A stretch of 64,000 nucleotides of DNA, from assembly GCA_036000105.1 (NCBI GenBank), contig DASYGE010000007.1:100793-164792 (forward strand), read 5' to 3'. A program made the position numbers and the translations under genes. Source of the stretch: Gammaproteobacteria bacterium. Its GTDB lineage: Bacteria; Pseudomonadota; Gammaproteobacteria; Natronospirales; REEB76. Below are positions 30,988-42,011 of this stretch, piece by piece (positions within the stretch are counted from its first letter, which is position 1; each line of letters begins with the position of its first letter). The notes under the pieces are model-generated. The model was given only the letters and a program-made list of their open reading frames with translations, searched no databases and was not told where the DNA came from.

Positions 30988-32586
30988 ATGTTGGACCAGG
31001 AAATCCGTCGGCGGCGAACCTTCGCCATCATCTCCCATCCGGACGCCGGCAAGACCACCTTGACGGAGAAGCTCCTGTTGTTCGGCGGCGCCATCCAGAT
31101 GGCCGGCGCCGTGAAGGGCCGCAAGGCCGCGCGCCATGCCACCTCCGATTGGATGAAGCTGGAGCAGCAGCGCGGCATCTCCGTGACTTCCTCGGTCATG
31201 CAGTTCCCTTATCGCGACTGCATCGTGAATCTCTTGGACACCCCCGGCCACGAGGATTTCTCCGAAGATACCTACCGTACCCTGACGGCGGTGGATTCGG
31301 CGCTCATGGTCATAGACTGTGCCAAAGGCGTGGAAGAACGCACCATCAAGCTCATGGAAGTGTGCCGCTTGCGGGACACGCCCATCATGACCTTCATCAA
31401 CAAGCTGGACCGGGACGCACGGGACCCCATGATCTTGTTGGACGAAGTGGAATCGGTGCTCAAGATCCGCTGCGCGCCGGTCACTTGGCCCATCGGCATG
31501 GGTCGGGCGCTCAAGGGCATCTACCATCTCGCCACAGACCGCATCCATATCTATGAAGGCGAGAAGAGCGGACGCCTGGGTGAGACCCGGGTCATCCAGG
31601 GGCTCATGAGCGAGGCAGCCAGCGAGCTCCTGGGTTACGACGCCGATGCCTATCGGGCGGAGGTGGAGCTGGTGCGTGGCGCCTCCCACGGTTTCGATCT
31701 CGCGGAATACCTGGCCGGGCGCCTGACGCCGGTGTTCTTTGGCTCGGCCATCAACAACTTCGGTGTGCGTGAGCTCCTGGACGAGTTCGTGGCCCACGCC
31801 CCCGCACCGCGCCCGCGTGCCACGTCCAGCCGTGAAGTACAGCCTGATGAAGAGAAGCTCACGGGTTTCGTGTTCAAGATCCAGGCCAACATGGACCCGC
31901 AGCACCACGACCGCATCGCCTTCGTGCGTCTGTGCTCCGGGCGCTATGTGCCCGGCATACGCGTCAAGCACGTACGCATCGGCCGCGAGGTTAAGATCGC
32001 GGATGCCATGACGTTCATGGCGGCGGATCGCGAGCGGGTGGAAGAGGCGTTCGCCGGCGACATCATCGGCGTGCATAACCACGGCACCGTAGCCATCGGC
32101 GATACCTTCACTCAGGGTGAGATCCTGACTTTCACCGGCATCCCCAATTTCGCGCCGGAGATCTTCCGCCGTGCCATCCTCAAGGATCCCCTGAAGGCCA
32201 AGGCGCTCAACAAGGGCCTGGCCCAGCTCTGCGAGGAGGGTGCCACCCAGTTGTTCAAGCCCCTGCGCAGCAACGAGTTGATCCTGGGTGCTGTTGGCTT
32301 GTTGCAGTTCGACGTGGTGGCCTTCCGCCTGAAGGAGGAGTACGGCGTGGAATGCATCTTCGAAGGCATCTCTGTGGCCACAGCCCGCTGGGTGGAGTGC
32401 GATGACACCAAGCGCCTGGAAGAGTTCAGGGACAAGGCTTTCGACAATCTGGCCCTGGACCACGCGGGTAGCCTGGTCTATGTGGCGCCCACCCAGGTGA
32501 ACCTGCAGCTCACCCAGGAACGCTGGCCGGACGTGCGCTTCCGCAAAACTCGTGAGCACGGTATAGAAACCGCATTAGCGGCATAG
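30988..32586 (+). CDS. prfC: Peptide chain release factor 3
   Basis: [33 protein letters not shown]. Confidence 0.97.
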   Translation: MLDQEIRRRRTFAIISHPDAGKTTLTEKLLLFGGAIQMAGAVKGRKAARHATSDWMKLEQQRGISVTSSVMQFPYRDCIVNLLDTPGHEDFSEDTYRTLTAVDSALMVIDCAKGVEERTIKLMEVCRLRDTPIMTFINKLDRDARDPMILLDEVESVLKIRCAPVTWPIGMGRALKGIYHLATDRIHIYEGEKSGRLGETRVIQGLMSEAASELLGYDADAYRAEVELVRGASHGFDLAEYLAGRLTPVFFGSAINNFGVRELLDEFVAHAPAPRPRATSSREVQPDEEKLTGFVFKIQANMDPQHHDRIAFVRLCSGRYVPGIRVKHVRIGREVKIADAMTFMAADRERVEEAFAGDIIGVHNHGTVAIGDTFTQGEILTFTGIPNFAPEIFRRAILKDPLKAKALNKGLAQLCEEGATQLFKPLRSNELILGAVGLLQFDVVAFRLKEEYGVECIFEGISVATARWVECDDTKRLEEFRDKAFDNLALDHAGSLVYVAPTQVNLQLTQERWPDVRFRKTREHGIETALAA

Positions 32587-32631
32587 ACCTCGTGCTAGGC
32601 TAATCCCCACAGTGAAGCCGGGGATAGCCAG

Positions 32632-33891
32632 ATGCTGAAACTGAGCCGCAAGGTGAAGGGTTGGGCCCTCTATTACTGGGGCAACCACGCGTTCACTACC
32701 GCCATCATCACGGTCTTCTTCCCTATCTTCTTCAAGGATTATTGGAACCACGGGGTCGATCCCAGCGTCAGCACCTTCCGCTTGGGCCTCGCCAACTCCG
32801 GCGCCAGCCTGATCGTGGCCCTGTCAGCGCCCATCCTGGGTGCCATCGCCGACAAGGGCGGCCATAAGAAACGCTTCCTCGTGGGTTCCGCTTTCCTCGG
32901 CGCCGTGATGGTGTTCGCCCTGCACTTCGTGGATATCGGTCAGTGGCAGTGGGCCATGTTCTTCTTCATGGCCGCGTCCATCGGCTACTGGTGGGGCAAC
33001 GTGTTCGGCGATTCCATGCTGGTGAGCGTGGCGGAACCCGGCAAGTTCGACATGACTTCCGCCATCGGCTATTTCTCGGGTTACCTGGGGGGCGGGCTGT
33101 TCCTGGTGCTCGGCCTCGCCATGAGCCAGAAACCCCAGTGGTTCGGGCTCACGGACGCGGTCTCGGCGGTGAAAGTCATCCTCATGCTCACCGCCGTCTG
33201 GTGGCTCTTGTTCTCCATCCCCCTGTGGTTCTGGGTACCCGAACCCACGGCGCCGGTGAAAGGCCAAAGCCTCGGTAACGCGATCATGCAGGGCTTGCGC
33301 CAGCTGAGCGACACCTTCCGCCACGTGCGCTCTTACAAGCCCGTGTTCATGTTCCTCATCGCCTATTGGGTCTATATAGACGGAGTCAACACCATCATCC
33401 AGATGGCGGTGGACTACGGCAAAGCCATCGGTTTCGGCACCAGCGACCTCATCGCCGCAGTGGTGCTGGTGCAGTTCGTGGGGATCCCGGCGGCTCTGAT
33501 ATTCGGCCGCATAGGCGAGCGCATCGGGCCGAAGCGCGGCATCTTCATCGGCCTCTCGGTGTACGTGTTCGTCTCGGTGTTCGCCTCGTTCATGCACGCC
33601 GCCTGGCAGTTCTACCTGCTGGCGGCCATGATCGGTCTGGTGCAGGGCGGGGTACAGCTCTTGAGTCGTTCCTATTACGCGCGCCTGGTACCGGCGGAGC
33701 GCGCTGGGGAGTTCTTCGGCTTCTACAACATGCTGGGGGAGTTCGCCGCCATCATCGGCCCGGTGCTCATCGGCACTGTGAGCCTCATGACCGGCAGCCC
33801 GCGGATGTCGATCCTCTCGGTGATCGTACTGTTCGCAGTGGGTGCGTTCCTGCTTGCGCGAGTGGACGGCGGCAAACGTTCAGCGGGCTGA
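32632..33891 (+). CDS. MFS transporter (UMF1/Atg22-like)
   Basis: About 12 TM segments; GAIAD, DGVNTII, LSRSYYARLVP, FFGFY. Confidence 0.88.
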   Translation: MLKLSRKVKGWALYYWGNHAFTTAIITVFFPIFFKDYWNHGVDPSVSTFRLGLANSGASLIVALSAPILGAIADKGGHKKRFLVGSAFLGAVMVFALHFVDIGQWQWAMFFFMAASIGYWWGNVFGDSMLVSVAEPGKFDMTSAIGYFSGYLGGGLFLVLGLAMSQKPQWFGLTDAVSAVKVILMLTAVWWLLFSIPLWFWVPEPTAPVKGQSLGNAIMQGLRQLSDTFRHVRSYKPVFMFLIAYWVYIDGVNTIIQMAVDYGKAIGFGTSDLIAAVVLVQFVGIPAALIFGRIGERIGPKRGIFIGLSVYVFVSVFASFMHAAWQFYLLAAMIGLVQGGVQLLSRSYYARLVPAERAGEFFGFYNMLGEFAAIIGPVLIGTVSLMTGSPRMSILSVIVLFAVGAFLLARVDGGKRSAG

Positions 33892-35859
33892 TCTAGCCGG
33901 TTCGAAACCCCGCACCAGCTTGCTGAAGTGTCGGCGATCGCCTTCGTCCAGATAGCGTAGTTCGATGTAGCGGTCGGTGATGTCCAGCACCTGGCGTTCC
34001 AGGTCCGGACGCACCCGCGCTACCCGCATCCCGTAGTCCAACGGCCCCTCATGGGCATGCCGCCTGAAGCCGATGCGCGCCAGGCGCGCGCAGAAACGTG
34101 CGTAGTCCCGCACCACCGGAGCGGCGCCAGGCTGGCGCCGCTCCCACAGGAGATAGAGCCAGAAGAAGCCGAGGGTGAGGACGATGCAGAGCCCCAGCAC
34201 CAGGGCGAGCTGCAGCCAGTCGCCGTAGTCGAGGCCCACCTTCTTGTAGAACTTCTCCTGCAGTTCCGGCCCGTAGGCCAACACCCATTCGTTCCATCCG
34301 GTGTTGACCGCGTCCCAGCTGTTGCGCACGTCGCCGAACCAGGGGTGGGCGATATAGAACGAATCCGCCACCTCGTCATCCGGCAGCGAAGCCTCGAGAC
34401 CCTTCTCCACCCGCGCCGGATCCACCGCCCCGGTGGGGTCCACACGGGTCCAGCCCTTGCCTGGCAGCCAGACCTCGGCCCAGGCATGAGCTTCCTGCTG
34501 GCGCACCACGTAATAACCATCCACCGGGTTCAGTTCGCCGCCCTGATAGCCGATGACCACGTGGGCCGGGATGCCGGCAGCCCGCATCAGGTACACGAAG
34601 GCACCCGCGTAATGCTCGCAGAAGCCGCGCCGCGTATCGAACAGGAACTGATCCACCCGATCGTCGCCGCTGAGCACGCCGGGCTGCAGCGTATAGGAGA
34701 ACTTCTCCTGGTGGAACATGGTGAGCGCGTCCTGCACCACCTGCTCCGGCGATTGGGCGGTGCTCTGCCATTGCGCCGCCAGAGCATGGGCGCGTGGATC
34801 GTCCCGCGGCAGCTGCAGGTCGCGCCGCAGCATCCAGTTGGGCATGTTCGCGCCGTAGCTGTAATCGGTGTAGGAGGTGGCGCTGTAGAGCTTGCGCTCG
34901 GTGACGGGCGTGTGGGTGGTGATCTCGTAACTGGCGGAGAGTCCCGTGTCCTCCGGTATCTTCGAAGGCAGGTCGAGGGCGTAGAGGATGGACAGGTTGG
35001 TGGGTTCCAGGGTCACCTGGTAGTTCACTGCCTGGCCATGGGTGCTGAGTTCCAGTTGCCGGCGCCAGGGCAGGTTACCGCTGCTCCAGGTCTTGCCATC
35101 GTAGTCGTGCAGCACTATGGCCCGCCAATAGAGCGCGCTCTGGGGCGGTGGCGTGCCATCGAACTTCACCCGGAACGCCACCTCATCCGACTGGGCGAGT
35201 TCGCTTAAGTCCCCTGGTGTCATGCTGGAGGAGAGCCCCGTGACTCCCGCATGCTTCTGGGAGGCGAAGCCCCACAGGGGACCCGAGATGCGCGGGAACA
35301 GCAGGAACAGCACCGCTGCCAGGGGCAGGGCCGGTAGCAGCAGGCGCCCGGTGGCGCGCACAGAGACCCTGAGACTGCGTTCGCTGTCCGGGTGGCCCAC
35401 GTTCAGGAGCGCCACGGTGGTGATCCACACTGCGGGGATCATGTAGAGGGCCAGCGGCACCGTCTGGTCGTAGAGGAAGTTGGCGAGGCCGATGAAATAG
35501 GCCGTGATCATCACTAGGAAGTAATCCCGCAGTCCCTTGGATTCCATGAGCTTGAGGGTGGCGAGCAGCAGCAGCAGGGCTGCACCCGGCTCAGGGCCAT
35601 TGATGGTACGGTAGGTGAGCAGCACGCATACGAGTTCACCGATGGCCAGTGCCATGAGGAGCTTGCGGGAGGGTAGCGCCCAGCCCCGCCAGGTGCAGGC
35701 CACGCGCCAGAGGGCGAGCAGCACGGCCACTGCCGTGATCCAGGGCGCGATGTTGAACACGTGCGGTGCTGCCATGGCGGTGAGTGCCAAGAGCGTCCAA
35801 CCGAGCCGTTGGCGATCCATGCGTCGTGCGTAGTCCAGGGGCTGTAGTTCCGGCGTCAC
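33880..35859 (-). CDS. TgpA-like DUF3488 plus transglutaminase-domain membrane protein
   Basis: LFLLFPR, RGFCEHYA, GYQGGE, AHAWAEVW, DPT catalytic motifs. Confidence 0.92.
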   Translation of the reverse strand: MTPELQPLDYARRMDRQRLGWTLLALTAMAAPHVFNIAPWITAVAVLLALWRVACTWRGWALPSRKLLMALAIGELVCVLLTYRTINGPEPGAALLLLLATLKLMESKGLRDYFLVMITAYFIGLANFLYDQTVPLALYMIPAVWITTVALLNVGHPDSERSLRVSVRATGRLLLPALPLAAVLFLLFPRISGPLWGFASQKHAGVTGLSSSMTPGDLSELAQSDEVAFRVKFDGTPPPQSALYWRAIVLHDYDGKTWSSGNLPWRRQLELSTHGQAVNYQVTLEPTNLSILYALDLPSKIPEDTGLSASYEITTHTPVTERKLYSATSYTDYSYGANMPNWMLRRDLQLPRDDPRAHALAAQWQSTAQSPEQVVQDALTMFHQEKFSYTLQPGVLSGDDRVDQFLFDTRRGFCEHYAGAFVYLMRAAGIPAHVVIGYQGGELNPVDGYYVVRQQEAHAWAEVWLPGKGWTRVDPTGAVDPARVEKGLEASLPDDEVADSFYIAHPWFGDVRNSWDAVNTGWNEWVLAYGPELQEKFYKKVGLDYGDWLQLALVLGLCIVLTLGFFWLYLLWERRQPGAAPVVRDYARFCARLARIGFRRHAHEGPLDYGMRVARVRPDLERQVLDITDRYIELRYLDEGDRRHFSKLVRGFEPARSAR

Positions 35860-36845
35860 GCGGCTGCTTCCATCGCTGTATCCACACCGTGTAACGCCAG
35901 GGCTTTGAGGCAGCGATCCCGCTGTTCTTCGCCAGCAGCGGGTGCGATCAGCATGCTGGGTAACCTGAGGCCATAGGCCAGGTCTTCAGCGTGGGCTTCC
36001 AGCACCCAGCGGCACAGGATCGAGAGGCGCGCTTCGTCGCCCAGACTCGGCAACTGGGTCCAATCGAACCAGCGGGCTTCCTCGCCGGTGCCGGAGAAGC
36101 GTTTGGTGAGCAGTTCACGTTCCTTGGCCGAGGCTTTCCAGGCGATGCGGCGCGGTGAATCGCCGGGCTGATAATTCCGCAGGCCGCTGAAGTCATCTTC
36201 GCCCTGGTCGTTGGGTCGGCCCAATCCGCGACCGCCCAAGGGCTCGGGCATGGGTGGCGCCTGTTCTGCTGGCGCCGGATACACCAGCACCCGCCAATCC
36301 ATGTATGCCCAGCTCCAGGCATGGAACAGCGCCAAGGGGTAGGTGGTCTCCACCGACAACCTGCCGATGGGTTGCCAGCCGCGCCGCGTGGTGACGAGCG
36401 GTACCGGGGCGAGGCTGTCCGCCGCCGCCGGGATGTCGTTGGTGATGGTGCGCTCATCCGATTCCGCGCTGAGCGTCACGCCGGTGCGCGGCTGCCGCCC
36501 GGCGTTGGAGACCTTCACATGGAAGCGCGCCGTCTCGCCGGCGAACACCGGCGCCACGCTCACGGCATCGATCTGCAGTCCCAGCAGGTTCGCATGGGTG
36601 GCGTTCATGGCCACCATGCCGAGGGACGCCAGCAGGAACACCAGCATGAAACCCATGCTGTTGGCGTAGTTCATGGAGGCCAGCATCATCACGAACACCG
36701 AGACGCCGTAGAGCAGTCCCTGGCCGGTGGGCAGGATGTAGAGACGGCGTTGCACGATGCTCACGCGTCGGCCGTCGGGACCCTGGCGGCTGCGGGCCCA
36801 TTCCCGGATGCGGCGCCGGAACCGTGCGCGCAGGGCGGTGAACAT
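35856..36845 (-). CDS. DUF58 domain protein
   Basis: YILPT, YPLALFHAW, DFSGLRNYQPGD...IAWK. Confidence 0.9.
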   Translation of the reverse strand: MFTALRARFRRRIREWARSRQGPDGRRVSIVQRRLYILPTGQGLLYGVSVFVMMLASMNYANSMGFMLVFLLASLGMVAMNATHANLLGLQIDAVSVAPVFAGETARFHVKVSNAGRQPRTGVTLSAESDERTITNDIPAAADSLAPVPLVTTRRGWQPIGRLSVETTYPLALFHAWSWAYMDWRVLVYPAPAEQAPPMPEPLGGRGLGRPNDQGEDDFSGLRNYQPGDSPRRIAWKASAKERELLTKRFSGTGEEARWFDWTQLPSLGDEARLSILCRWVLEAHAEDLAYGLRLPSMLIAPAAGEEQRDRCLKALALHGVDTAMEAAA

Positions 36846-36848
36846 GTT

Positions 36849-37793
36849 CTAGGGGATCGGGACGGCTTCGAGCAGCTGGCGGGCGAGCTGGGCTGCGGGC
36901 GGCGCGTCCTGGCCGCCGCGCGGGCGCAGACGGTGGCCCACCACGCCTGACAATACCGCCTGCAGGTCTTCCGGCAATACGCCGGGCCGGCCGGCGAGCA
37001 GTGCCCAAGCCTGGGCGGCGTGCTTCAGGCCTAAGGCCGCACGCGGAGACAGGCCGTTCTCGTACGCCGCGCTGTCGCGGGTATGGCGTACCAGGGATTG
37101 CAGGTAATCCAGCAGTGCGCCCGACACGTGGATCTTCGCGGCTGCTTCCCGCAAAGCGGCCAGGTCGCGCATATCCATTGCCGGTTGCAGGGCCGCGAGG
37201 ATCTCCCGGCGGTCACGGCCCTGTAGCAGCTCGCGTTCCGCATCCTGCCCCGGATAGCCGAGTTCGATGCGCATCAGGAAGCGGTCCAATTGAGATTCCG
37301 GCAGCGGGAAGGTGCCCACCTGATGCAGGGGGTTCTGGGTGGCGATCACGAAGAAGGGTTGCGGCAGGGGGCGGGTCTCGCCGTCCACCGTCACCTGCCG
37401 CTCCTCCATGGCTTCCAGGAGCGCGCTCTGGGTCTTGGGGGTGGCGCGGTTCACTTCGTCCGCCAGGATGAGCTGCGCGAAGATGGGGCCCGGATGGAAA
37501 CGGAAGGTCTCGGTCTGGCGCTCGAAGATGGACGCGCCGATGATATCCGCCGGCAGGAGGTCGCTGGTGAACTGGATGCGCTGATAGGAGAGGCCCAGCA
37601 CCCGCGCGAGGGTGTGGGCGAGGGTGGTCTTGCCCACGCCGGGGATGTCTTCGATGAGCAGGTGGCCGCCCGCCAGGAGGCAGGCGAGGCAGAGACGTAT
37701 CTGCGCGTCCTTGCCGAGCACCACGCGGTTGGCTTCCGCGAGGGCCTGCTCGAGTTTCCTCATATGGGGATGGACCAGGCTCTCCTGAGCCAT
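36849..37793 (-). CDS. moxR: MoxR family AAA+ ATPase
   Basis: EDIPGVGKT, RIQFTSDLLPAD, DEVNRA, ATQNP, GTFPLPESQLDRF. Confidence 0.93.
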   Translation of the reverse strand: MAQESLVHPHMRKLEQALAEANRVVLGKDAQIRLCLACLLAGGHLLIEDIPGVGKTTLAHTLARVLGLSYQRIQFTSDLLPADIIGASIFERQTETFRFHPGPIFAQLILADEVNRATPKTQSALLEAMEERQVTVDGETRPLPQPFFVIATQNPLHQVGTFPLPESQLDRFLMRIELGYPGQDAERELLQGRDRREILAALQPAMDMRDLAALREAAAKIHVSGALLDYLQSLVRHTRDSAAYENGLSPRAALGLKHAAQAWALLAGRPGVLPEDLQAVLSGVVGHRLRPRGGQDAPPAAQLARQLLEAVPIP

Positions 37794-37888
37794 AGCCCGT
37801 TTATCCGCGACCATGTATACCTCCGCGGTTCACCTTATGCCAAGGACCACACACCGTCCACGCGCGGCTCGAGAGCCGTTGCGTACGG

Positions 37889-39037
37889 TCACTTATCCGC
37901 GGGTTTGCGGCGGCCTGCGGAGCGTACGAAGGGTTCGATGCCGGCGGCGCGCAACAGTTCCCTGTGGATGCGCGAGACGCGCTCCACCTGGCCCTTGGCC
38001 GGGAAGCGTTCGTAGAAACCTTCCGCCCGGAACTGCCGCTTCTGCTCGCCCCAGGGCGCGAGGCGCTTGGCCCAGCGCTCCGGCCGACCGTTCTCCGGGG
38101 TGGCATCCTGGGGGGCCAGATCCGCACAGACGCGGATCAAGGCCTTCAGGGTCACCGAGGTGGTGATCATGTAGGAGTTGTGGTTCCAGGTCTCGCCCCA
38201 GACGCCTTCGGCGGCCTTGAGGAAGTCACGCACGATCCGGTAGAAGCGATCCACTTCCTTCTCGTCGGCGCCGCGCCGCTCGATGGCCTTCCAGTCGTTG
38301 CTGATCCAGCGGTTGAGTTCGTTGAACAGCTCTGCCTGAAGGATCCATTTCTGGCGCTGGGCACGGCCGCCCAGGCGGTTGATGCGGTAGCGGAGCGGGC
38401 TGTCGCCCTGGGAATAGAGTTTCTCCACCACATGGGCCGCGAACTTCTTCTCCGGCGCCGCCCAGGAGACCTTCTCATACAGGTCGATCAGGTGGCTCTT
38501 GTTGATGCGGGTGGGGGTGGAGTTGATGATGACGAACATCTCCGTGGCGAAGTCTTCGCTCCGCCCATCGAAGATGATGCAGGGCACGTTGATGGTGCGG
38601 GCCTCGCCCGGCCGGTCCTTGCTATAGAAATTGAGGGCCGCGAGCCGGTGCTGGCCGTCGATGATGAGGTACTTACCCTTGGGCTCCTGCAGGTGACCCA
38701 CGCTCTCGAAACCCTGCATGGGTTCGAAGTTCAGGCGCTCGTTGGTGAAGAGCAGCACCGTGCCGGGGATGGGCGGCTGGCTGGCGGCGGTCTCATAGAA
38801 GTTCTTCAAGGCCGCCACCTTGGCGCGGCCCAGCTGGCGCTGGAAGGCCTTGTCGGAGTGCTCGATATGGCCGATGAAATCGGCGATCTCGTCACCCTCG
38901 GCAGGCTTCTCCGGGGCGATCTGCTCACCCTCGCCATAGAAGCGGCTGATGAACCTGACCTTGGCCAGCAGGTCCTCCACGGGGTAGGCCGCGAAGTAGA
39001 ACACGCCGTCTTTCTGTCTGACCTGGGTGGCAAGCAT
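37889..39037 (-). CDS. DGQHR domain-containing protein (DndB/ParB-like fold)
   Basis: FQRQL, IIDGQHRLAAL, FVIINSTPTRIN...DL motifs. Confidence 0.85.
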   Translation of the reverse strand: MLATQVRQKDGVFYFAAYPVEDLLAKVRFISRFYGEGEQIAPEKPAEGDEIADFIGHIEHSDKAFQRQLGRAKVAALKNFYETAASQPPIPGTVLLFTNERLNFEPMQGFESVGHLQEPKGKYLIIDGQHRLAALNFYSKDRPGEARTINVPCIIFDGRSEDFATEMFVIINSTPTRINKSHLIDLYEKVSWAAPEKKFAAHVVEKLYSQGDSPLRYRINRLGGRAQRQKWILQAELFNELNRWISNDWKAIERRGADEKEVDRFYRIVRDFLKAAEGVWGETWNHNSYMITTSVTLKALIRVCADLAPQDATPENGRPERWAKRLAPWGEQKRQFRAEGFYERFPAKGQVERVSRIHRELLRAAGIEPFVRSAGRRKPADK

Positions 39038-39073
39038 GGGTGGCTCCCTAAAGGGGTGGTAATCATAAACTGC

Positions 39074-39102
39074 GGCGCCCGCCGGGTACACCGGGCGGGC
39101 GC
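39074..39102. terminator. GC-rich hairpin between valS and the DGQHR gene
   Basis: GCGCCCGCC / GGCGGGCGC inverted repeat; weak U tract. Confidence 0.4.
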
Positions 39103-39122
39103 TGGGGCTTTATTATCGATTC

Positions 39123-41918
39123 TTACAGCGCTGCGAGGCGGGTGGATTGCTCGCGCAGGCCCTGCAGGGTGGTCTCGAACTCCTTCACCCGCTGACGTTC
39201 CTTGTCCACCACCGCGGCCGGTGCGTTCTGCACGAAGTCCGGCTTGTCGAGCTTGGCCCCGGCCCGGGTGATCTCGCCTTCGATGCGGGCGATCTCCTTC
39301 GCGAGCCTCTCTCTCTCTGCGGCCATATCTATCAGTCCGGCCATGGGGATGAGCAGGCGGGCCTGATCCAGCACTGCGGCCGCCGAGGGGGGCGGTTGCT
39401 CGCTGGGGGCGAGGATACGGATGGACTCCAGCCGCGCCAGGAACTTGAGGTAAGGCTCGGTGCCGGTGAGAGGGATCTTGTGTCCGGCGGGCAGCTCGAT
39501 CAGGAGCGGCACGGCCCGGGAGGGGGCGACCCCCATCTGGCTGCGGATGCTGCGGATCTGCAGCACCGCCTGGCACAGCCATTCCACCTCAGCGTTGCGG
39601 CTGCGATCCGGCTGGATCAGGTCCTTGGACTGGGGGTAGGTCTGACGGGACACACTCTCGCCCTTCACCCCCAGTTTAGGTGCCACCTGCTGCCACAGCT
39701 CTTCGGTGATGAAGGGGATGATGGGGTGCAGGGCCCGGAGCAGGGCCGCCAGGGTATAGAGGAGGGTGTGGCGAGTAGAATCGGCTGCCGTCTGATCTTC
39801 GCCGTTCAGCGCCGGCTTCGAGAGTTCCACGAACCAATCGCAGAAATCGTTCCAGGTGAACTCGTAGAGGGCTTGGGCCGCGAGATCGAAGCGGTAATCC
39901 CGGTAGTGCCGGTCCAGTTCGTCACTGAGGTCGTAGAGCTTGGAGACTATCCAGTGCTCCACTGGTGTCTTGAGCGGCGGGCGCACCGTCGTGGGTTTGA
40001 AGTCCTCGCAGTTCATCAATACGAAGCGCGTGGCGTTCCACAGCTTGTTGCAGAAGTTGCGGTAACCCTCGCAGCGTTTCAGGTCGAAGTTGATGGTGCG
40101 ACTGTGGGTGGCGAGCGCTGCGAAGGTGAAGCGCAGGGCATCGGCGCCCACCGCCGGGATGCCTTCCGGGTAATCCCGGCGCACCCGTTTCTCCACCTTC
40201 TCCTTGTCTTTCGGCAGCAGCAGGGAAGCCACCGATTTCTGCACCAGAGGTTCCAGCTCGATGCCGTCGATGAGGTCCAGGGGATCGATGGTGTTGCCCT
40301 TGGACTTGGACATCTTCTGGCCTTCCGCGTCCCGCACGATGGCGTTGATGTACACCTCTTTGAAGGGTACCCGCTTGGTGAAGTACTGGGTCGCCATGAC
40401 CATGCGCGCCACCCAGAAGAAGATGATGTCGAAACCCGTGATCAACACCGAGGAGGGCAGGAAGGCGTTGAAGTCCTGCCACTCTTTTGCACGCTCTGGC
40501 GTATCGCCGGGCCAGCCCAGGGTGGAGAAGGGCCAGAGAGCCGAGCTGAACCAGGTGTCCAGCACGTCCTCGTCCTGGCGCAGCTTGCCCACGGGCGGGG
40601 TCTTGGCGTGCTTCAAGGCATCCGCCTCGTCCTCACCTACGAAGATGTTGCCCGCCTCGTCGAACCAGGCGGGTATCTGGTGGCCCCACCAGAGCTGGCG
40701 GCTCACGCACCAGTCCTGGATGTTCTCCAGCCACTGTATATAGGTGGTGTTCCAGTTCTCCGGCACGAACTTGATCTTGCCGGAACGGACTGCATCCAGT
40801 GCGGGCTCCGTGATGGCCTTGCGGCCCTTGTCGCTGGTGAGATCCAGGAACCACTGGTCCGTGAGCATGGGTTCGATGACCGCGTTCGAACGCTGGCTGA
40901 TGGGCACCATGAGCTTGTGCTTCTTGGTCTCCACGAGGAGACCGGCAGCCTCCAGGTCCGCGATCACTTTCTTGCGGGCGGCGAAACGGTCCAGGCCGCG
41001 GTAAGCGGCCGGCGCGTTCTCGTTCACCTTGGCGTCCAGGGTGAAGATGTTGATGACGGGTAGGTTGTGGCGCTTACTCAGCACCTGATCGTTGAAATCA
41101 TGGGCCGGGGTGATCTTCACCGCACCGGTGCCGAATTCCTTGTCCACGTACTCGTCGGCGATGACCGGGATCTCCCGGTCCGAGAGAGGTAATTTCAGTT
41201 TCTTGCCGACGATCTTCCGGTAGCGCTCATCCTCTGGATGCACCACCACCGCCACGTCGCCCAGCATGGTCTCGGGCCGGGTGGTGGCTACCGTGAGGCC
41301 TTCACCGCCATCGGCGGCGGGATAGCGGATCAGCCAGAGGCTGCCGTCCCGCTCTTCGTTATCCACCTCGAGATCGGAGACCGCCGTCTGCAGCACCGGG
41401 TCCCAATGCACCAGGCGCTTGCCGCGGTAGAGCAGGCCGTCGCGGTACCACTGCACGAACACACGCTTGACCGCCGCCGACAGGCCCGGGTCCATGGTGA
41501 AGCGTTCCCGCGACCAGTCCACAGAAGCGCCCAGGCGGCGCATCTGGCGGGTGATGGTGGAACCGGATTCCTCCTTCCATTCCCACACCCGTTCCACGAA
41601 CTTCTGCCGGCCGAGGTCGTGACGCGTCTTGCCGGCAGCCGCCAGCTGGTTCTCCACGATCTTCTGGGTGGCGATCCCGGCGTGGTCCGTGCCGCCTTGC
41701 CACAGCACGCGCTCGCCGCGCATGCGGTGGTAGCGGCTCAAGGTATCCATCAGGGTCTGCTGGAAGGCATGCCCCATGTGCAGGGTGCCGGTGACGTTGG
41801 GAGGCGGCAGCAGGATGCAGTAGGGCGTGCCCGTGCCTTCGGGCTTGAACCAGCCGCGGCTTTCCCAAGTCTCGTACCAGCGGTTCTCTATGCCGCGGGG
41901 TTCGTAGGCTTTCTCCAT
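39123..41918 (-). CDS. valS: Valyl-tRNA synthetase
   Basis: PPPNVTGTLHMGH, KMSKS, C-terminal coiled coil. Confidence 0.97.
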   Translation of the reverse strand: MEKAYEPRGIENRWYETWESRGWFKPEGTGTPYCILLPPPNVTGTLHMGHAFQQTLMDTLSRYHRMRGERVLWQGGTDHAGIATQKIVENQLAAAGKTRHDLGRQKFVERVWEWKEESGSTITRQMRRLGASVDWSRERFTMDPGLSAAVKRVFVQWYRDGLLYRGKRLVHWDPVLQTAVSDLEVDNEERDGSLWLIRYPAADGGEGLTVATTRPETMLGDVAVVVHPEDERYRKIVGKKLKLPLSDREIPVIADEYVDKEFGTGAVKITPAHDFNDQVLSKRHNLPVINIFTLDAKVNENAPAAYRGLDRFAARKKVIADLEAAGLLVETKKHKLMVPISQRSNAVIEPMLTDQWFLDLTSDKGRKAITEPALDAVRSGKIKFVPENWNTTYIQWLENIQDWCVSRQLWWGHQIPAWFDEAGNIFVGEDEADALKHAKTPPVGKLRQDEDVLDTWFSSALWPFSTLGWPGDTPERAKEWQDFNAFLPSSVLITGFDIIFFWVARMVMATQYFTKRVPFKEVYINAIVRDAEGQKMSKSKGNTIDPLDLIDGIELEPLVQKSVASLLLPKDKEKVEKRVRRDYPEGIPAVGADALRFTFAALATHSRTINFDLKRCEGYRNFCNKLWNATRFVLMNCEDFKPTTVRPPLKTPVEHWIVSKLYDLSDELDRHYRDYRFDLAAQALYEFTWNDFCDWFVELSKPALNGEDQTAADSTRHTLLYTLAALLRALHPIIPFITEELWQQVAPKLGVKGESVSRQTYPQSKDLIQPDRSRNAEVEWLCQAVLQIRSIRSQMGVAPSRAVPLLIELPAGHKIPLTGTEPYLKFLARLESIRILAPSEQPPPSAAAVLDQARLLIPMAGLIDMAAERERLAKEIARIEGEITRAGAKLDKPDFVQNAPAAVVDKERQRVKEFETTLQGLREQSTRLAAL

Positions 41919-42011
41919 GATTCCAGCAGGATTTTCGCTTGCGCCGGCGTCGCGCGGCGGAGGAATTATATCAGCCGGGGTGTCCCGATAAGGACGGCGG
42001 GAGGGAAACGG

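Noticed and set aside
30844-32559. 571-aa antisense ORF over prfC, and similar long ORFs opposite valS (39147-41063), DGQHR, pepA, amiC and metG
   Set aside because: Shadow ORFs expected from high-GC codon bias opposite well-conserved genes; no recognisable motifs
33880-37793. MoxR-DUF58-transglutaminase triad as a novel system
   Set aside because: A widespread, already recognised gene arrangement
39302-39317. CT dinucleotide run within valS
   Set aside because: Short, in frame (Glu-Arg repeats of the coiled coil); no sign of a contingency locus
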